This document shows, one piece after another, positions 1-9,688 of a DNA stretch of 64,000 nucleotides (positions are counted from its first letter, which is position 1; each line of letters opens with the position of its first letter). The position numbers and the translations under genes are program-made. Source of the stretch: Gammaproteobacteria bacterium (GTDB taxonomy: Bacteria; Pseudomonadota; Gammaproteobacteria; UBA4575). The stretch is taken from contig CBDCUI010000009.1 in assembly GCA_965222615.1 (NCBI GenBank), forward strand, positions 160,001 to 224,000. Direction: 5' to 3'. The notes under the pieces were generated by a model. It was not told where the DNA came from, searched no databases, and saw nothing but the letters and a program-made list of their open reading frames with translations.

Positions 1-442
1 ACCTGAATACGCAATAGTGGCTATGCACAATAATGAACTCATAGGGATCGCCGGATTTCATACTGTCGAGGGTTCATTAACAGGGGGCATGACTTATAAA
101 GAACTTGCATCAAAGCTAGGAAGAATAAAAGGTACTTGGGCTGCGTTGGTATTTAGTTTATATGAAAGAAAACCGGCAGCTGGTGAACTATTAATGGACG
201 GAATCGCTGTAAATAGCGATTTTAGAGGGCAGGGAATCGGCGGCAGACTGCTTGATGAAATTACTAAATATGCAAGTGAAAATTACTATGAAAAAATACG
301 CTTAGACGTGATTGACACAAATCCAAGAGCTAGGAAATTGTACGAAAAGAAAGGCTTTAAACCGATTAAGACGGAAAATTTTTTTTATTTACGCTGGTTA
401 TTAGGTTTTGGTAGCTCTACTACGATGAAGATGAGCATTTGA
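1..442 (+). CDS. GNAT family N-acetyltransferase (5'-truncated by window edge)
   Basis: Acetyl-CoA motif FRGQGIGG and NPRARKLYEKKGF; the frame is open back to the window start. Confidence 0.85.
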   Translation, partial: PEYAIVAMHNNELIGIAGFHTVEGSLTGGMTYKELASKLGRIKGTWAALVFSLYERKPAAGELLMDGIAVNSDFRGQGIGGRLLDEITKYASENYYEKIRLDVIDTNPRARKLYEKKGFKPIKTENFFYLRWLLGFGSSTTMKMSI

Positions 443-450
443 TATAAAAA

Positions 451-879
451 TCAGCATTGCTCCCATGGGAAACCATGGAAGCGCCAACCCCCTAATGTAC
501 CTCGATGTCCTTGTTCATCCCGCTCGCCTTCAAAGCCTTCATCGATGTGGAACACGTTTTTGAAACCATCTTTTAATAATGCTTTCCCGGCTTCTTTGGA
601 ACGTTTGCCACTTCGGCAAATTAAAATTATTGGGCTATGACAATCATTAGTATCACTTGTAGCACCGTCCAGCATTAATTTGCGAACTTCAGTAGTAAAT
701 TGCGGATTTACTTCCCAGTCAGGTTCATCTATCCAAGGCAAATGTGTTGCACCAACAGGATGTCCGACAAACAAGTATTCCATTGAAGAACGTATATCTA
801 GCAAAGTTACGCGAGGGTTATCCTTTAACATTTGCCAGGCTTGTCGACAAGTTAAATTGCGCAACTTGTTGTTATTCAT
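451..879 (-). CDS. Rhodanese-like domain protein (sulfurtransferase)
   Basis: LDIRS..EY..GH, active-site loop CRSGKRS, C-terminal GGW..GFPW. Confidence 0.9.
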   Translation of the reverse strand: MNNNKLRNLTCRQAWQMLKDNPRVTLLDIRSSMEYLFVGHPVGATHLPWIDEPDWEVNPQFTTEVRKLMLDGATSDTNDCHSPIILICRSGKRSKEAGKALLKDGFKNVFHIDEGFEGERDEQGHRGTLGGWRFHGFPWEQC

Positions 880-1616
880 TGTTTAGACAAATTTATTACG
901 AGTAATTTAGTCTTGCGTTGTTTAATTTCATTTTTCACTTTGACAAGTGATTTTTCTAACTCTTGTGCAATAATAATTGCTTCATAGTTTTTATTTGCCT
1001 GTTCAACTTTTTTATAGGATGTTGCTAATTCTTTTTGGTATTTTCCAATTGTTGATTCGGGGTCATTGATATCACTCGTATAGTGCTTGTAAAAAGTTGG
1101 GTCTTGTTTAAATGTGTATACCAATGAGACGTATGCTACTGCAAAATGAGTGCTGTAGGCCTTATACTCATCCAGAGTTTGCACTGTGTTTCGTGCCTGT
1201 TTAATTTTATTATTAAACGTATCGCAATAGCCAAGTAATTTTTTCTTGTAGTCACCTGTTACGTCATACTCATTTACAAGCTTAGTTATAATTTCTGAAA
1301 CCTGTAAGCGAATATCATCGTATGCAATTAAAGTATTGAGTAACTCTTGCTCAATTGTTGCCAGTGACTTTTGATTTAGTTTGAGTGACTGCAACGCAGA
1401 TTCGAGCTCGTTCTTTAATACTATTAATTTTTCATGTGAGATGTCGGAAAGATTCTCTGGTAGGCCATAAGCAGCTATTGTTTTAGTTACTGTAGGATTT
1501 TCGTAGTGCAGAGAATCTGCAAATACATGAGGAATCGTACAAATAAAAAATATGACAAATAGTGCTATATGTAAAAACGTTTTAGTGTAAATGTTTTGAT
1601 GGTCTATATTAGACAT
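876..1616 (-). CDS. Hypothetical exported coiled-coil protein
   Basis: 246 aa ORF, AGGAGA RBS, N-terminal hydrophobic segment ending VFA-D, helical heptad composition; 4-nt overlap with the rhodanese gene. Confidence 0.7.
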   Translation of the reverse strand: MSNIDHQNIYTKTFLHIALFVIFFICTIPHVFADSLHYENPTVTKTIAAYGLPENLSDISHEKLIVLKNELESALQSLKLNQKSLATIEQELLNTLIAYDDIRLQVSEIITKLVNEYDVTGDYKKKLLGYCDTFNNKIKQARNTVQTLDEYKAYSTHFAVAYVSLVYTFKQDPTFYKHYTSDINDPESTIGKYQKELATSYKKVEQANKNYEAIIIAQELEKSLVKVKNEIKQRKTKLLVINLSKQ

Positions 1617-1681
1617 GTGTCCGTTCTCCTAGCCCGTTAGTTGATATCGTTGTCTCATTTATTGGGCTAACTAAACGGCAA

Positions 1682-1736
1682 CGCTTTAGCAGTATTTTGT
1701 AAGCCGCCCTGCAAGTTGTTTGATTAAACCGGCGAC
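1682..1736 (-). ncRNA. SAM-II-like riboswitch aptamer (downstream copy)
   Basis: Minus strand GTCGCC-GGTTTAATCAAACAAC-TTGC-AGGGCGGC-TTACAAAATACT-GCTAAAGCG: P1 helix, UUU loop, UUGC and GCUAAA tail as in SAM-II. Confidence 0.7.
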
Positions 1737-1739
1737 CAT

Positions 1740-1771
1740 AAAAAAACCCATCTAAGCACTGCTTAAATGGG
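1740..1771 (-). terminator. Intrinsic terminator between the two aptamers
   Basis: Minus strand CCCATTTAAGC-AGT-GCTTAGATGGG followed by a T7 run. Confidence 0.85.
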
Positions 1772-1780
1772 CCCTATATC

Positions 1781-1835
1781 CCTCGCTTTAGCGGTACTTA
1801 TTGTGCGCCCGCAAGCTGATGCTCAAATCGGCGCC
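1781..1835 (-). ncRNA. SAM-II riboswitch aptamer (upstream copy)
   Basis: Minus strand GGCGCC-GATTTGAGCATCAGC-TTGC-GGGCGC-ACAATAAGTACC-GCTAAAGCGAGG matches the SAM-II pattern (P1, GAUUU, UUGC, GCUAAA pseudoknot tail). Confidence 0.8.
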
Positions 1836-1843
1836 TAATATGT

Positions 1844-1872
1844 AGCTTAATTATAGGTATAAGTTTTGTCAA
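1844..1872 (-). promoter_or_regulatory. Sigma70-type promoter for the riboswitch leader
   Basis: Minus strand TTGACA-17nt-TAAGCT ending ~8 nt before aptamer 1. Confidence 0.6.
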
Positions 1873-2106
1873 TACTTATATTAAACTATTTTCCCCAAAT
1901 TAAGTGCCAGTGGCTTAACCAGAGAACTCTGTCACAGTGTCAATACACAGGCTACCTAGTTGGGATTAATTTATACCTAATTTTAATTAAAGCAGCGTGA
2001 TATTTTTGCAGATAAGATCTCAGTACGCTACAGAGTTAATATAGCGGTGGATTGTTGCTCTCAGATAGCAAATAAATTTATCGATTTACTTCTAGAATAA
2101 GAACAA

Positions 2107-2880
2107 ATGCCTAATTCCTTTTTGATTCAGTTATTTACACTTATTTGCCTGATAAGTTTCATTCCTTTGAAGGCAGTTGCTAAATGTACAATAGAAGAAG
2201 TCGAATTTTTTTTAGATAAGGGCTTTTCTCAGGAACAGATAACTCGCTTATGTTCAACTGCTAGTGGCCAAAATTGCCCTCCTTGTCCGAAAGAAAAAAC
2301 CTTAACTCAGCTAGAAATAGCAGACATTTGTAAAGCATCTAATTCTGCTAGTTTAGATTGTAGTAAATGCCCTCAACAATCAGTAACAGGTACGACAAGT
2401 GAATCTTCGCAAGAAATTGATGAAACTCGACAAAACGTTGCTCTAGTGCACAAAGCCGACTCATCTCAAAGCGAACGAGAGGCAATTCAAAAGTTAAAAA
2501 TAGCGGGGGACATACTAAATTTCGATGTCGATCCCGAGAAAATAAAATATACCAAAAGAGTTTGTGTGTTTTCCGGTGATGCACAAGCAAGGGGCAGACG
2601 TCGTGAATATTGCCACGGTATTAATTACACAATCACGCGTCGCAATTTACAAGCAAGTCCTGGCAAAACGCTACCGATAATTGGTACACCCAATGCATTA
2701 ATTGTTGGCGATATATCGTTGGAATTGAATGGCAGTCTAAAAGAATATCCGTCTGAAGTTCGTAAACAATTAGAGGCATATGTTAAGGATAATCAAGGTA
2801 AAAATGAAACTAATTTTCCTGCACGTGAGGAATTTTCTGTTGCGGAGATTGTTCAAGCTTTGCAAACGCTTTCACGTTAA
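2107..2880 (+). CDS. Hypothetical secreted protein with Cys-rich N-terminus
   Basis: Signal peptide (AVA-K), CPPC and CSKC motifs, 257 aa ORF. Confidence 0.7.
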   Translation: MPNSFLIQLFTLICLISFIPLKAVAKCTIEEVEFFLDKGFSQEQITRLCSTASGQNCPPCPKEKTLTQLEIADICKASNSASLDCSKCPQQSVTGTTSESSQEIDETRQNVALVHKADSSQSEREAIQKLKIAGDILNFDVDPEKIKYTKRVCVFSGDAQARGRRREYCHGINYTITRRNLQASPGKTLPIIGTPNALIVGDISLELNGSLKEYPSEVRKQLEAYVKDNQGKNETNFPAREEFSVAEIVQALQTLSR

Positions 2881-2929
2881 AAATCGCATAGTCTGCCTTA
2901 TAACTTAGCTTTTTAACTATGGTACTTAT

Positions 2930-4366
2930 ATGGCATCAATAACAGAAAATATTTCGGGTATAAAGCAAAGTAAAATAATTTATTTTATTCCTTCGTTCTT
3001 AATTCTATTTTTTTTCAGCTTATCTTTTTTACCGCGTATCCAACAAAACGAAAATCTTATTTATACCTTTTGGTGGGTAAGTATCATACTCGTACTCTTG
3101 TATGGATTCGTATTATTTTTTCTTCTGAAAAACAAAATAATACCAAGTATACGCGTAGTACTACGACCATCGCACTATGTGCAAGCTATGGTTCAACTTG
3201 GAGTTTATATCTATTGGGGATGGTATTGGCGACCTGTTTATGAACAGGCTACATTGATCCTTGCGCAGCTAGTATTCCTTTATATATTAGAAGCACTCAT
3301 ATCATGGGTACGAGGTAGACAGTGGTATTTAGGTTTTGGCGTCTTTCCCATCATATTTAGCATCAATTTATTTCTTTGGTTTAAAGACGATACTTTTTTC
3401 TTACAATTTATAATGGTGGCCATTGGAGTACTAGGAAAGGAGTTTATTACATGGAATAAAGAAGGGCGTATTACTCATATTTTTAATCCGTCTGCCTTTG
3501 CATTATCAGTAGCTGCAATGCTGTTAATAGTAACCAATAATTCCGAGATTAGTTGGGGGCATGCGATTGCTAACACATTAGCTTATCCAGAATATATTTA
3601 CGTATGTATATTTGCTCTTAGTCTAGTCGTCCAATATTTATTTCGAGTAACTTTAGTAACACTTTCGGCAGCAGTAACCTTAGTTCTAATTGGTTTAATT
3701 TATTTTAAATTGACAGGGGTGTATTTCTTTATCACCTCCGATATTCCCATAGCCGTATTTCTCGGTTTACATTTATTGATAACAGATCCTTCCACATCGC
3801 CGCGTACGGATTTTGGTCGCGTTCTATTTGGAGCCTTGTATGGAATTAGTGTAATAATATTATTTGCTGTGCTGAATCAAACGGGGTTCCCTACCTTTTA
3901 TGACAAGTTATTGGCGGTGCCGATATTAAATCTGACTATTCAAATGCTTGACCGTGTGGCTAGAGGCATTGACTTTTCTAAATTTTGGCCAGAGGAATTA
4001 CGATTTAAGTTTACGCCACACCAACTAAATCAATTGCATATGGCAATTTGGATTATTTTCTTTTTGAGCTTATTTTCTGCAAATAAGTTTGGTAGTTCGC
4101 ATGCAGGGCGGAATTCCGGCTTTTGGGAACAGGCATGTGATAAAAACTTACGCAATGCTTGTCATAATTTATATGATCTAATGGCAAATGAATGTGCTAA
4201 AGGCCAACCAATTGCGTGTGCAAAACAGGGCTGGATGACACGCAATGCTGTTGGCACGGTGCGTGATGATAAAAAGGCCTTTGAGTTGGTTGACCATGCC
4301 TGTGACCTTGGTTTTACTGAAGCCTGTACTCGTCTTTATGAGGGTGAGTTTAACTACGAAAAATAG
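2930..4366 (+). CDS. NqrB/RnfD-like (UnbU-like) integral membrane protein with C-terminal Sel1-like repeat
   Basis: Many TM helices, HIFNPS and ITDPSTSP motifs of the RnfD/NqrB family; C-terminal ACDKN..AC, DDKKAFELVDHACDLG..AC Sel1/Hcp-type repeats. Confidence 0.7.
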   Translation: MASITENISGIKQSKIIYFIPSFLILFFFSLSFLPRIQQNENLIYTFWWVSIILVLLYGFVLFFLLKNKIIPSIRVVLRPSHYVQAMVQLGVYIYWGWYWRPVYEQATLILAQLVFLYILEALISWVRGRQWYLGFGVFPIIFSINLFLWFKDDTFFLQFIMVAIGVLGKEFITWNKEGRITHIFNPSAFALSVAAMLLIVTNNSEISWGHAIANTLAYPEYIYVCIFALSLVVQYLFRVTLVTLSAAVTLVLIGLIYFKLTGVYFFITSDIPIAVFLGLHLLITDPSTSPRTDFGRVLFGALYGISVIILFAVLNQTGFPTFYDKLLAVPILNLTIQMLDRVARGIDFSKFWPEELRFKFTPHQLNQLHMAIWIIFFLSLFSANKFGSSHAGRNSGFWEQACDKNLRNACHNLYDLMANECAKGQPIACAKQGWMTRNAVGTVRDDKKAFELVDHACDLGFTEACTRLYEGEFNYEK

Positions 4367-4437
4367 TACTTATAAAATATTTGATTACTATCAATTGTTT
4401 TCGTACTAAATCGATTGAGTTCAACAACAATATATTT

Positions 4438-4689
4438 ATGGACTATCAGTGGCATGACATTGTAGGGAATGTAGGAGTTGGTTTAATAATCATTACCTAT
4501 TTTTTGCTGCAGATGGGCCGCATGGACAGCGCGAGTTATAAATATTCAATTCTCAATGCCTTAGGTGCATTTTTTGTCATCATTTCATTAATGTATGAAT
4601 TCAATATGTCAGCATTTATCGTTGAGGCTTTTTGGGTTGGTATAAGCTTGTTCGGAATTTTCCGACTGTGGAGAATGAGGCATCGGTAA
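4438..4689 (+). CDS. Small membrane protein (CBU_0592-like)
   Basis: ATG at 4438; G.VGV..II.TYFLLQ..R....Y..LN.LGA...ISL...FN.SA..VE.FW pattern. Confidence 0.75.
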   Translation: MDYQWHDIVGNVGVGLIIITYFLLQMGRMDSASYKYSILNALGAFFVIISLMYEFNMSAFIVEAFWVGISLFGIFRLWRMRHR

Positions 4690-4841
4690 ATGTGATGTTA
4701 GTAATGTTGGCTACTCTTTAAGCTTATAGTTGTTTCTTAACATTGACTGAAGATATAAACCACTTATAGCGAACTAATATTTTCTAGCAACCAGGAAATC
4801 CACTATTGTATAACCACTGTATAGTCTCTATACCTAATGCT

Positions 4842-4900
4842 TACTCATAAGGTGGTATGCCCTAAGTGCAATTGCTCGAGAATCTGTGGAAGTCCAGTAT
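4842..4900 (+). promoter_or_regulatory. NarL-like 7-2-7 box plus putative promoter of module A
   Basis: TACTCAT-AA-GGTGGTA (4842-4857), 14 nt, TTGCTC, 17 nt, CAGTAT. Confidence 0.55.
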
Positions 4901-4987
4901 CTATATATTCGTTTAGATAAAAATCATAATGAGGCCTAGTGGGCAGGCTGTTTTCTGAAGGATTTACACTTTAAATATAAAAATAAG

Positions 4988-6331
4988 ATGAGCTTTCCAA
5001 CGCAGGTAAAATACTTAGTTATTGGCGCCGGAATACATGGTCTCAGTACGGCCTATCACTTGGCATTGCAACTCAAAGCAAAAGGACGGGGAAGTGGCGA
5101 AAATATATTAGTTATAGATAAAAATGGCATCGCTTCCGGAGCGTCCGGTATTGCATGTGGTGTAATACGTAACAACTATTTTCAGCCAGCTATGCGTGAG
5201 TTAATGGTACACAGTGTGGAAGTTTGGGAAACCGATCCTGAAACTTATAGCTACTATCCGGTTGGATACATGCAAATCAGTCCTGAAATTATGCATGAAG
5301 ATGTTGCCAGTATCGCAAAACAACAACAAGATATTGGTTATCAATCCGCTTTCATTGAAGGTGAAAATGACTGCATGAAATATATGAGAAGTATTTTCGA
5401 TGATTGGCAGGCCAAAGAGATAACTTCTGTCTTACATGAAAAGCGTGGCGGTTATGCCAACAACACCAAGTCAATGTATGGACTGGCATCTAAGGCTGAG
5501 GCTGAAGGCGTACGAATTATGAGCGGTGTCAAAGTAACTGATTTTCAGCAAGCCAATGGCAGTGACAGTGTTAAAGCAGTAGTAACTAACAAAGGTACAA
5601 TCGAATGTGACTATGTCATCATCGGTGTTGGTCCTTGGGTCAAATCGCTTTGGGAGATGCTGGAATTACCTAAAACGGTCGATGTCAAATTACCGGATGG
5701 CACAATGAATAATGATGTACTTATGTGGGTTTATTGGTCACTACAAGAAGGTACTTTAGGCGTTGATCCAAACATGCAAAAAACAAATGATGGTGATTTT
5801 CCTCCTGTTATCCATGTGGATTCTGCTGCACCGCTTTATTCGGAAAGAGATGGCAAATTGATTACCGATAAGATGTGGGGCATCTATTACAAACCCGATT
5901 TTAATTTTGGTGGTATTCAAGGTGGAGCGGCACCATTTAAAGTGGAGGAAGATCCTGATGTAGTGAAAATTGATCCATATGGCCCCGAATCTCCTCATTA
6001 TGTTGTAGATGAAGACTTTGTTGAGATGTGGGTTTCGGCATTGGCACATTGTCAAAAGCGTTTTGAAGGTACCTTGCCACAATACAAACGAGAACCTTCT
6101 GGAGGCTTGGGTTGTTTTACCCCTGATAATTTTCCTGTTTTCGATGTTTTCAAAGATAACTGCTACATCATCGCAGATTCAAATCATGGCTATAAAATGA
6201 TTGGTGTAGGCAAACTTGTCGCGGAAGAAATTTGCGGTGAAACAAGTAGATTATTGGAGCCATTTCGTTTTTCACGTTATGCCGAAGGTAAACTGCATCC
6301 TATTTCAAACAGTCCATATCCATGGAGTTAA
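4988..6331 (+). CDS. FAD-dependent oxidoreductase, DAO/sarcosine oxidase beta-like family
   Basis: N-terminal GAGIHGLS Rossmann motif, GASGIACGVIR, TPDNFPV, HGYKM. Confidence 0.9.
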   Translation: MSFPTQVKYLVIGAGIHGLSTAYHLALQLKAKGRGSGENILVIDKNGIASGASGIACGVIRNNYFQPAMRELMVHSVEVWETDPETYSYYPVGYMQISPEIMHEDVASIAKQQQDIGYQSAFIEGENDCMKYMRSIFDDWQAKEITSVLHEKRGGYANNTKSMYGLASKAEAEGVRIMSGVKVTDFQQANGSDSVKAVVTNKGTIECDYVIIGVGPWVKSLWEMLELPKTVDVKLPDGTMNNDVLMWVYWSLQEGTLGVDPNMQKTNDGDFPPVIHVDSAAPLYSERDGKLITDKMWGIYYKPDFNFGGIQGGAAPFKVEEDPDVVKIDPYGPESPHYVVDEDFVEMWVSALAHCQKRFEGTLPQYKREPSGGLGCFTPDNFPVFDVFKDNCYIIADSNHGYKMIGVGKLVAEEICGETSRLLEPFRFSRYAEGKLHPISNSPYPWS

Positions 6332-6394
6332 GAAACGTAGTGTTGATTTGCTGATGGTCAATATAAAAAAGTATAAAAAGAGGAGCTCTAGAAA

Positions 6395-7870
6395 ATGGCA
6401 ACAGATTTAGAAAAACATGTAAATGCCGATGGACGAAGCGATCTAGTTAAACAAGTTCGTGACAAAATAAATTCATTAGGTGTTAAGTACATATATTTTC
6501 AATTCGTATCCGTTACCGGTCGTATTGTTGGCAAAGGAATTCCTGCAGATCATTGGGAGCGAATTGCAGAACGAGGATTTCAGTTAGTCTATGGTTCTAC
6601 CGCTAATCTCTATCTTGATCGTCATGGCAGCTATATAGGCTACGGGCCCGAGGCATCAGAACTGGTCGGCATTCCAGATCCAGAAACGTTCTGTCAGCTT
6701 CCATGGGATAAACGTATTGGGCGTGTCTTTTGCACATGTTTTCGCAATCGTGAAGAACAAGAAAATCCCGGAGCTCATTTAACTTCAGATTGCCGCGGTA
6801 ATCTTCGCATCATCCACGATGAATTCAAGGCAAAACATGATGGTTTACACATGCGTATGGGTACCGAGCCCGAGATGATGTGGCTGAAGAAAGACGAAAA
6901 TGGTCAACTAGATGGCGGCGTGACTAAACCAAATTGTTATCACATTGATCAGTTTGAAGAACTACGACCGGCTTCCATAAAAGTCATCGAATATGCGGAA
7001 CAAATGGGCTACGACATGATTCAAGGTGATCATGAGGATGCACCAGGACAACTTGAATTAAACTGGATGTTTGATGATGTGATGCGTAATGCAGATCGTT
7101 TAACTACCTACCGACAAATCTGTGCACAAGTTGCTCGTGAACAAAATTTAGTAGCTTGTTTTATGACGAAACCCTTTATGGGTGTTTCGGCTTCAGGTTG
7201 TCACCACAATGTATCTTTATGGAAAGGTGGTAAATCTGTAGTGAACTCATTACATCAAGACCCAATGGGTGGGATGGAAGATGTATTCAGTTATCTACAA
7301 GGTGGCGACAACACCTTTATGCCCGATCCCAAAATTGATGAGCGTAAGCCGGGGCCGATTGGTCTGCAATGTATCGGTGGTGTCATGCAACATTTGCAAG
7401 CACTTACGGCAATTGGTTCTTCTACGGTTAACTCTTATCGGCGTTTATGGGATACCGGTTTTTGGGCTCCCGTATTCGCTGACTGGGGTTTTCAAAATCG
7501 TACTTGTGGTTTGCGTGTTTCTGCACCAGGTAGATTTGAATATCGCTCTGTCGATTCTATGGTGAATCCTTACTTGATGGGTGCCGCCTTACTCAAGGCA
7601 TTTGATGATGGCATTACAAATGATTTAGACCCAGGTGATCCAGAAGAACGCAATATTTACGAGGCAATAAAAGAAGGTAAGGATGTGAAAAGACTACCGA
7701 TGTCCCTAGGGGAGGCGTTAGAGGCATTGGATAAGGATGAGGTAATCAAATCTTCAATGCCCGATGAAATGTATAAGGTATTTACTCATTATAAAAATGA
7801 TGAGTGGGAGCGATTTAATCATACCGTGACTAATTGGGATGTTGAGACCTATCTAGATTATTTACCATAA
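6395..7870 (+). CDS. Glutamine synthetase-like gamma-glutamylamide synthetase (divergent GmaS paralogue)
   Basis: GTEPEM, DHEDAPGQLE, FMTKPF, SGCHHN, NSYRRL, NRT..LRV, EYRSVD...NPYL. Confidence 0.85.
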   Translation: MATDLEKHVNADGRSDLVKQVRDKINSLGVKYIYFQFVSVTGRIVGKGIPADHWERIAERGFQLVYGSTANLYLDRHGSYIGYGPEASELVGIPDPETFCQLPWDKRIGRVFCTCFRNREEQENPGAHLTSDCRGNLRIIHDEFKAKHDGLHMRMGTEPEMMWLKKDENGQLDGGVTKPNCYHIDQFEELRPASIKVIEYAEQMGYDMIQGDHEDAPGQLELNWMFDDVMRNADRLTTYRQICAQVAREQNLVACFMTKPFMGVSASGCHHNVSLWKGGKSVVNSLHQDPMGGMEDVFSYLQGGDNTFMPDPKIDERKPGPIGLQCIGGVMQHLQALTAIGSSTVNSYRRLWDTGFWAPVFADWGFQNRTCGLRVSAPGRFEYRSVDSMVNPYLMGAALLKAFDDGITNDLDPGDPEERNIYEAIKEGKDVKRLPMSLGEALEALDKDEVIKSSMPDEMYKVFTHYKNDEWERFNHTVTNWDVETYLDYLP

Positions 7871-7891
7871 ATTTAACAGGAGAAATTTAAA

Positions 7892-8827
7892 ATGTGTGGA
7901 ATAGCTGGACTTATCTGGAAAGGTAAGAATTCGGACATCGGTTCGGAGATGACTTCCATGCTTCAAGCTTTGAAACATCGGGGCCCAGACTCAACTGGTT
8001 TTGCGCTGTATGGAAATGCAAACCAGAATGAATATGTGATGCGATTTGTAACTGCAGAACAAGAAGATATGGAAAAGGGCTTCGATATTCATGCGGAAGT
8101 TGAAGCACGCGAGGAAGCAGTAGAGGCACGACTTAAAGAGTCGGGGGCTACGCTTAATGAACAACATGCTGCAACAGAGTATTCACATCGATATAGATTT
8201 AGTTTCGATGGTGATTTACGCCGTCTTATTGATTACATAGAAGATGTAGATGGTGTAGAAGTCCTTTCAGTTGGAAATGCTTTGGAGTTAATAAAAGATC
8301 TTGGTGATGCGAGTACTGTATCGGATCAATATAACTTGAAAGGATTTCAAGGCACGCATGGTATTGGACATACTCGCATGGCAACTGAATCGGATGTAGA
8401 TATCCGCTCTGCGCACCCATACTGGGCCTATCCATTTTCCGATGTTGCGGTTGTTCATAATGGGCAGTTGACCAATTACTGGACTAACCGTCGTGCACTT
8501 GAACGCCGTGGGCACCGCTTTATGTCAAACTGTGATTCTGAGTTAATCGCTGTGTATCTCGCGGATCGCATCGATCAGGGTGATGATTTAAACGAAGCCA
8601 TGGATCGTTCCATTAGTTATTTAGATGGTGTGTTTTCCTATTTAGTGGCCACTAGTGATCAACTTGGCATGGCGAAAGACACCATGGCGGCAAAACCCAT
8701 GGTGATTTACGAGGGTGATGAATTTGTAGGATTGGCATCTGAAGAAATTGCAATTCGAAGTATTTTCCCACGTGAAATTGATACTTTTGATCCATATGAA
8801 GGGGAGGTTCGGGTATGGCAAGCGTAA
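7892..8827 (+). CDS. Class II glutamine amidotransferase (MgsA-like)
   Basis: N-terminal MCGIAG nucleophile, HRGPDS, GHTRMATES, VHNG, DSE. Confidence 0.9.
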   Translation: MCGIAGLIWKGKNSDIGSEMTSMLQALKHRGPDSTGFALYGNANQNEYVMRFVTAEQEDMEKGFDIHAEVEAREEAVEARLKESGATLNEQHAATEYSHRYRFSFDGDLRRLIDYIEDVDGVEVLSVGNALELIKDLGDASTVSDQYNLKGFQGTHGIGHTRMATESDVDIRSAHPYWAYPFSDVAVVHNGQLTNYWTNRRALERRGHRFMSNCDSELIAVYLADRIDQGDDLNEAMDRSISYLDGVFSYLVATSDQLGMAKDTMAAKPMVIYEGDEFVGLASEEIAIRSIFPREIDTFDPYEGEVRVWQA

Positions 8828-9660
8828 GCAAAACACATAAATCTCATGATATGGGAATGCACGCCGAGCAATTGGCGGGCCGAACTCAACAGATGTATTT
8901 TTCGCCTACCGCTGAGGAAAATTTTGTCCATGCCTATGCCTATGATGTGGACTTTGACAAAGCCACGGAATTTGATTGTGCTGAAATGACGAGTACAGAA
9001 ATCAATATCAAGATTCGTGAACTCATGAAACAAGGCTATGGGACGATCACGATCAAAAATCCTATGGGCAAACATGCCTTAGGTGTAGGCATACTCAATC
9101 GACTCAATCTGAATTTTGAAGGTAGCTTAGGTTATTTTGCCTGTGGACTAATTGATGGGCCCAATGTTCGCATTAATGGTCGTGTGGGTTGGTCGTGTGC
9201 CGAAAACATGCTTGCAGGTACAGTGGTGATTGAAAAAAATGCAGGTTCAACTTTTGGTGCCGCGATTCGTGGCGGGGATTTGATTTGTAAAGGCAGCGTA
9301 GGTTCACGTACTGGGATCGATCAAAAGGGTGGAACCATTATTGTTGGTGGAGATACAGGGGCATTTTCTGGGTTCATGATGCAGCGCGGTCGCATGATTA
9401 TTTTGGGGGATGCAAGTGAAAACCTTGGTGATTCAATGTATGACGGTACGATTTATATTGCCGGTAAAGCGAAAAGTTTAGGCGTGGATGCGGTAGAAGC
9501 CGAGTTAACTGAATTGGATGTTCAATACTTAAAAGGCAAATTAGCACTTTACCAGATGGAAGCGCCAAATGGTGTAGAGAATATCACCAAGATTGAATCA
9601 GGCAAGCAGTTGTGGAACTACGACAACCTCGAACCCACCGAGAAGAAACTGGTGCTTTAA
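8815..9660 (+). CDS. GXGXG / GltB C-terminal domain protein (MgsB-like)
   Basis: Gly-rich beta-helix repeats, GGTIIVGG, LGDSMYDGTIY. Confidence 0.88.
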   Translation: MASVSKTHKSHDMGMHAEQLAGRTQQMYFSPTAEENFVHAYAYDVDFDKATEFDCAEMTSTEINIKIRELMKQGYGTITIKNPMGKHALGVGILNRLNLNFEGSLGYFACGLIDGPNVRINGRVGWSCAENMLAGTVVIEKNAGSTFGAAIRGGDLICKGSVGSRTGIDQKGGTIIVGGDTGAFSGFMMQRGRMIILGDASENLGDSMYDGTIYIAGKAKSLGVDAVEAELTELDVQYLKGKLALYQMEAPNGVENITKIESGKQLWNYDNLEPTEKKLVL

Positions 9661-9688
9661 TAAGTTTAATAATATGAGGTAAACAAAA

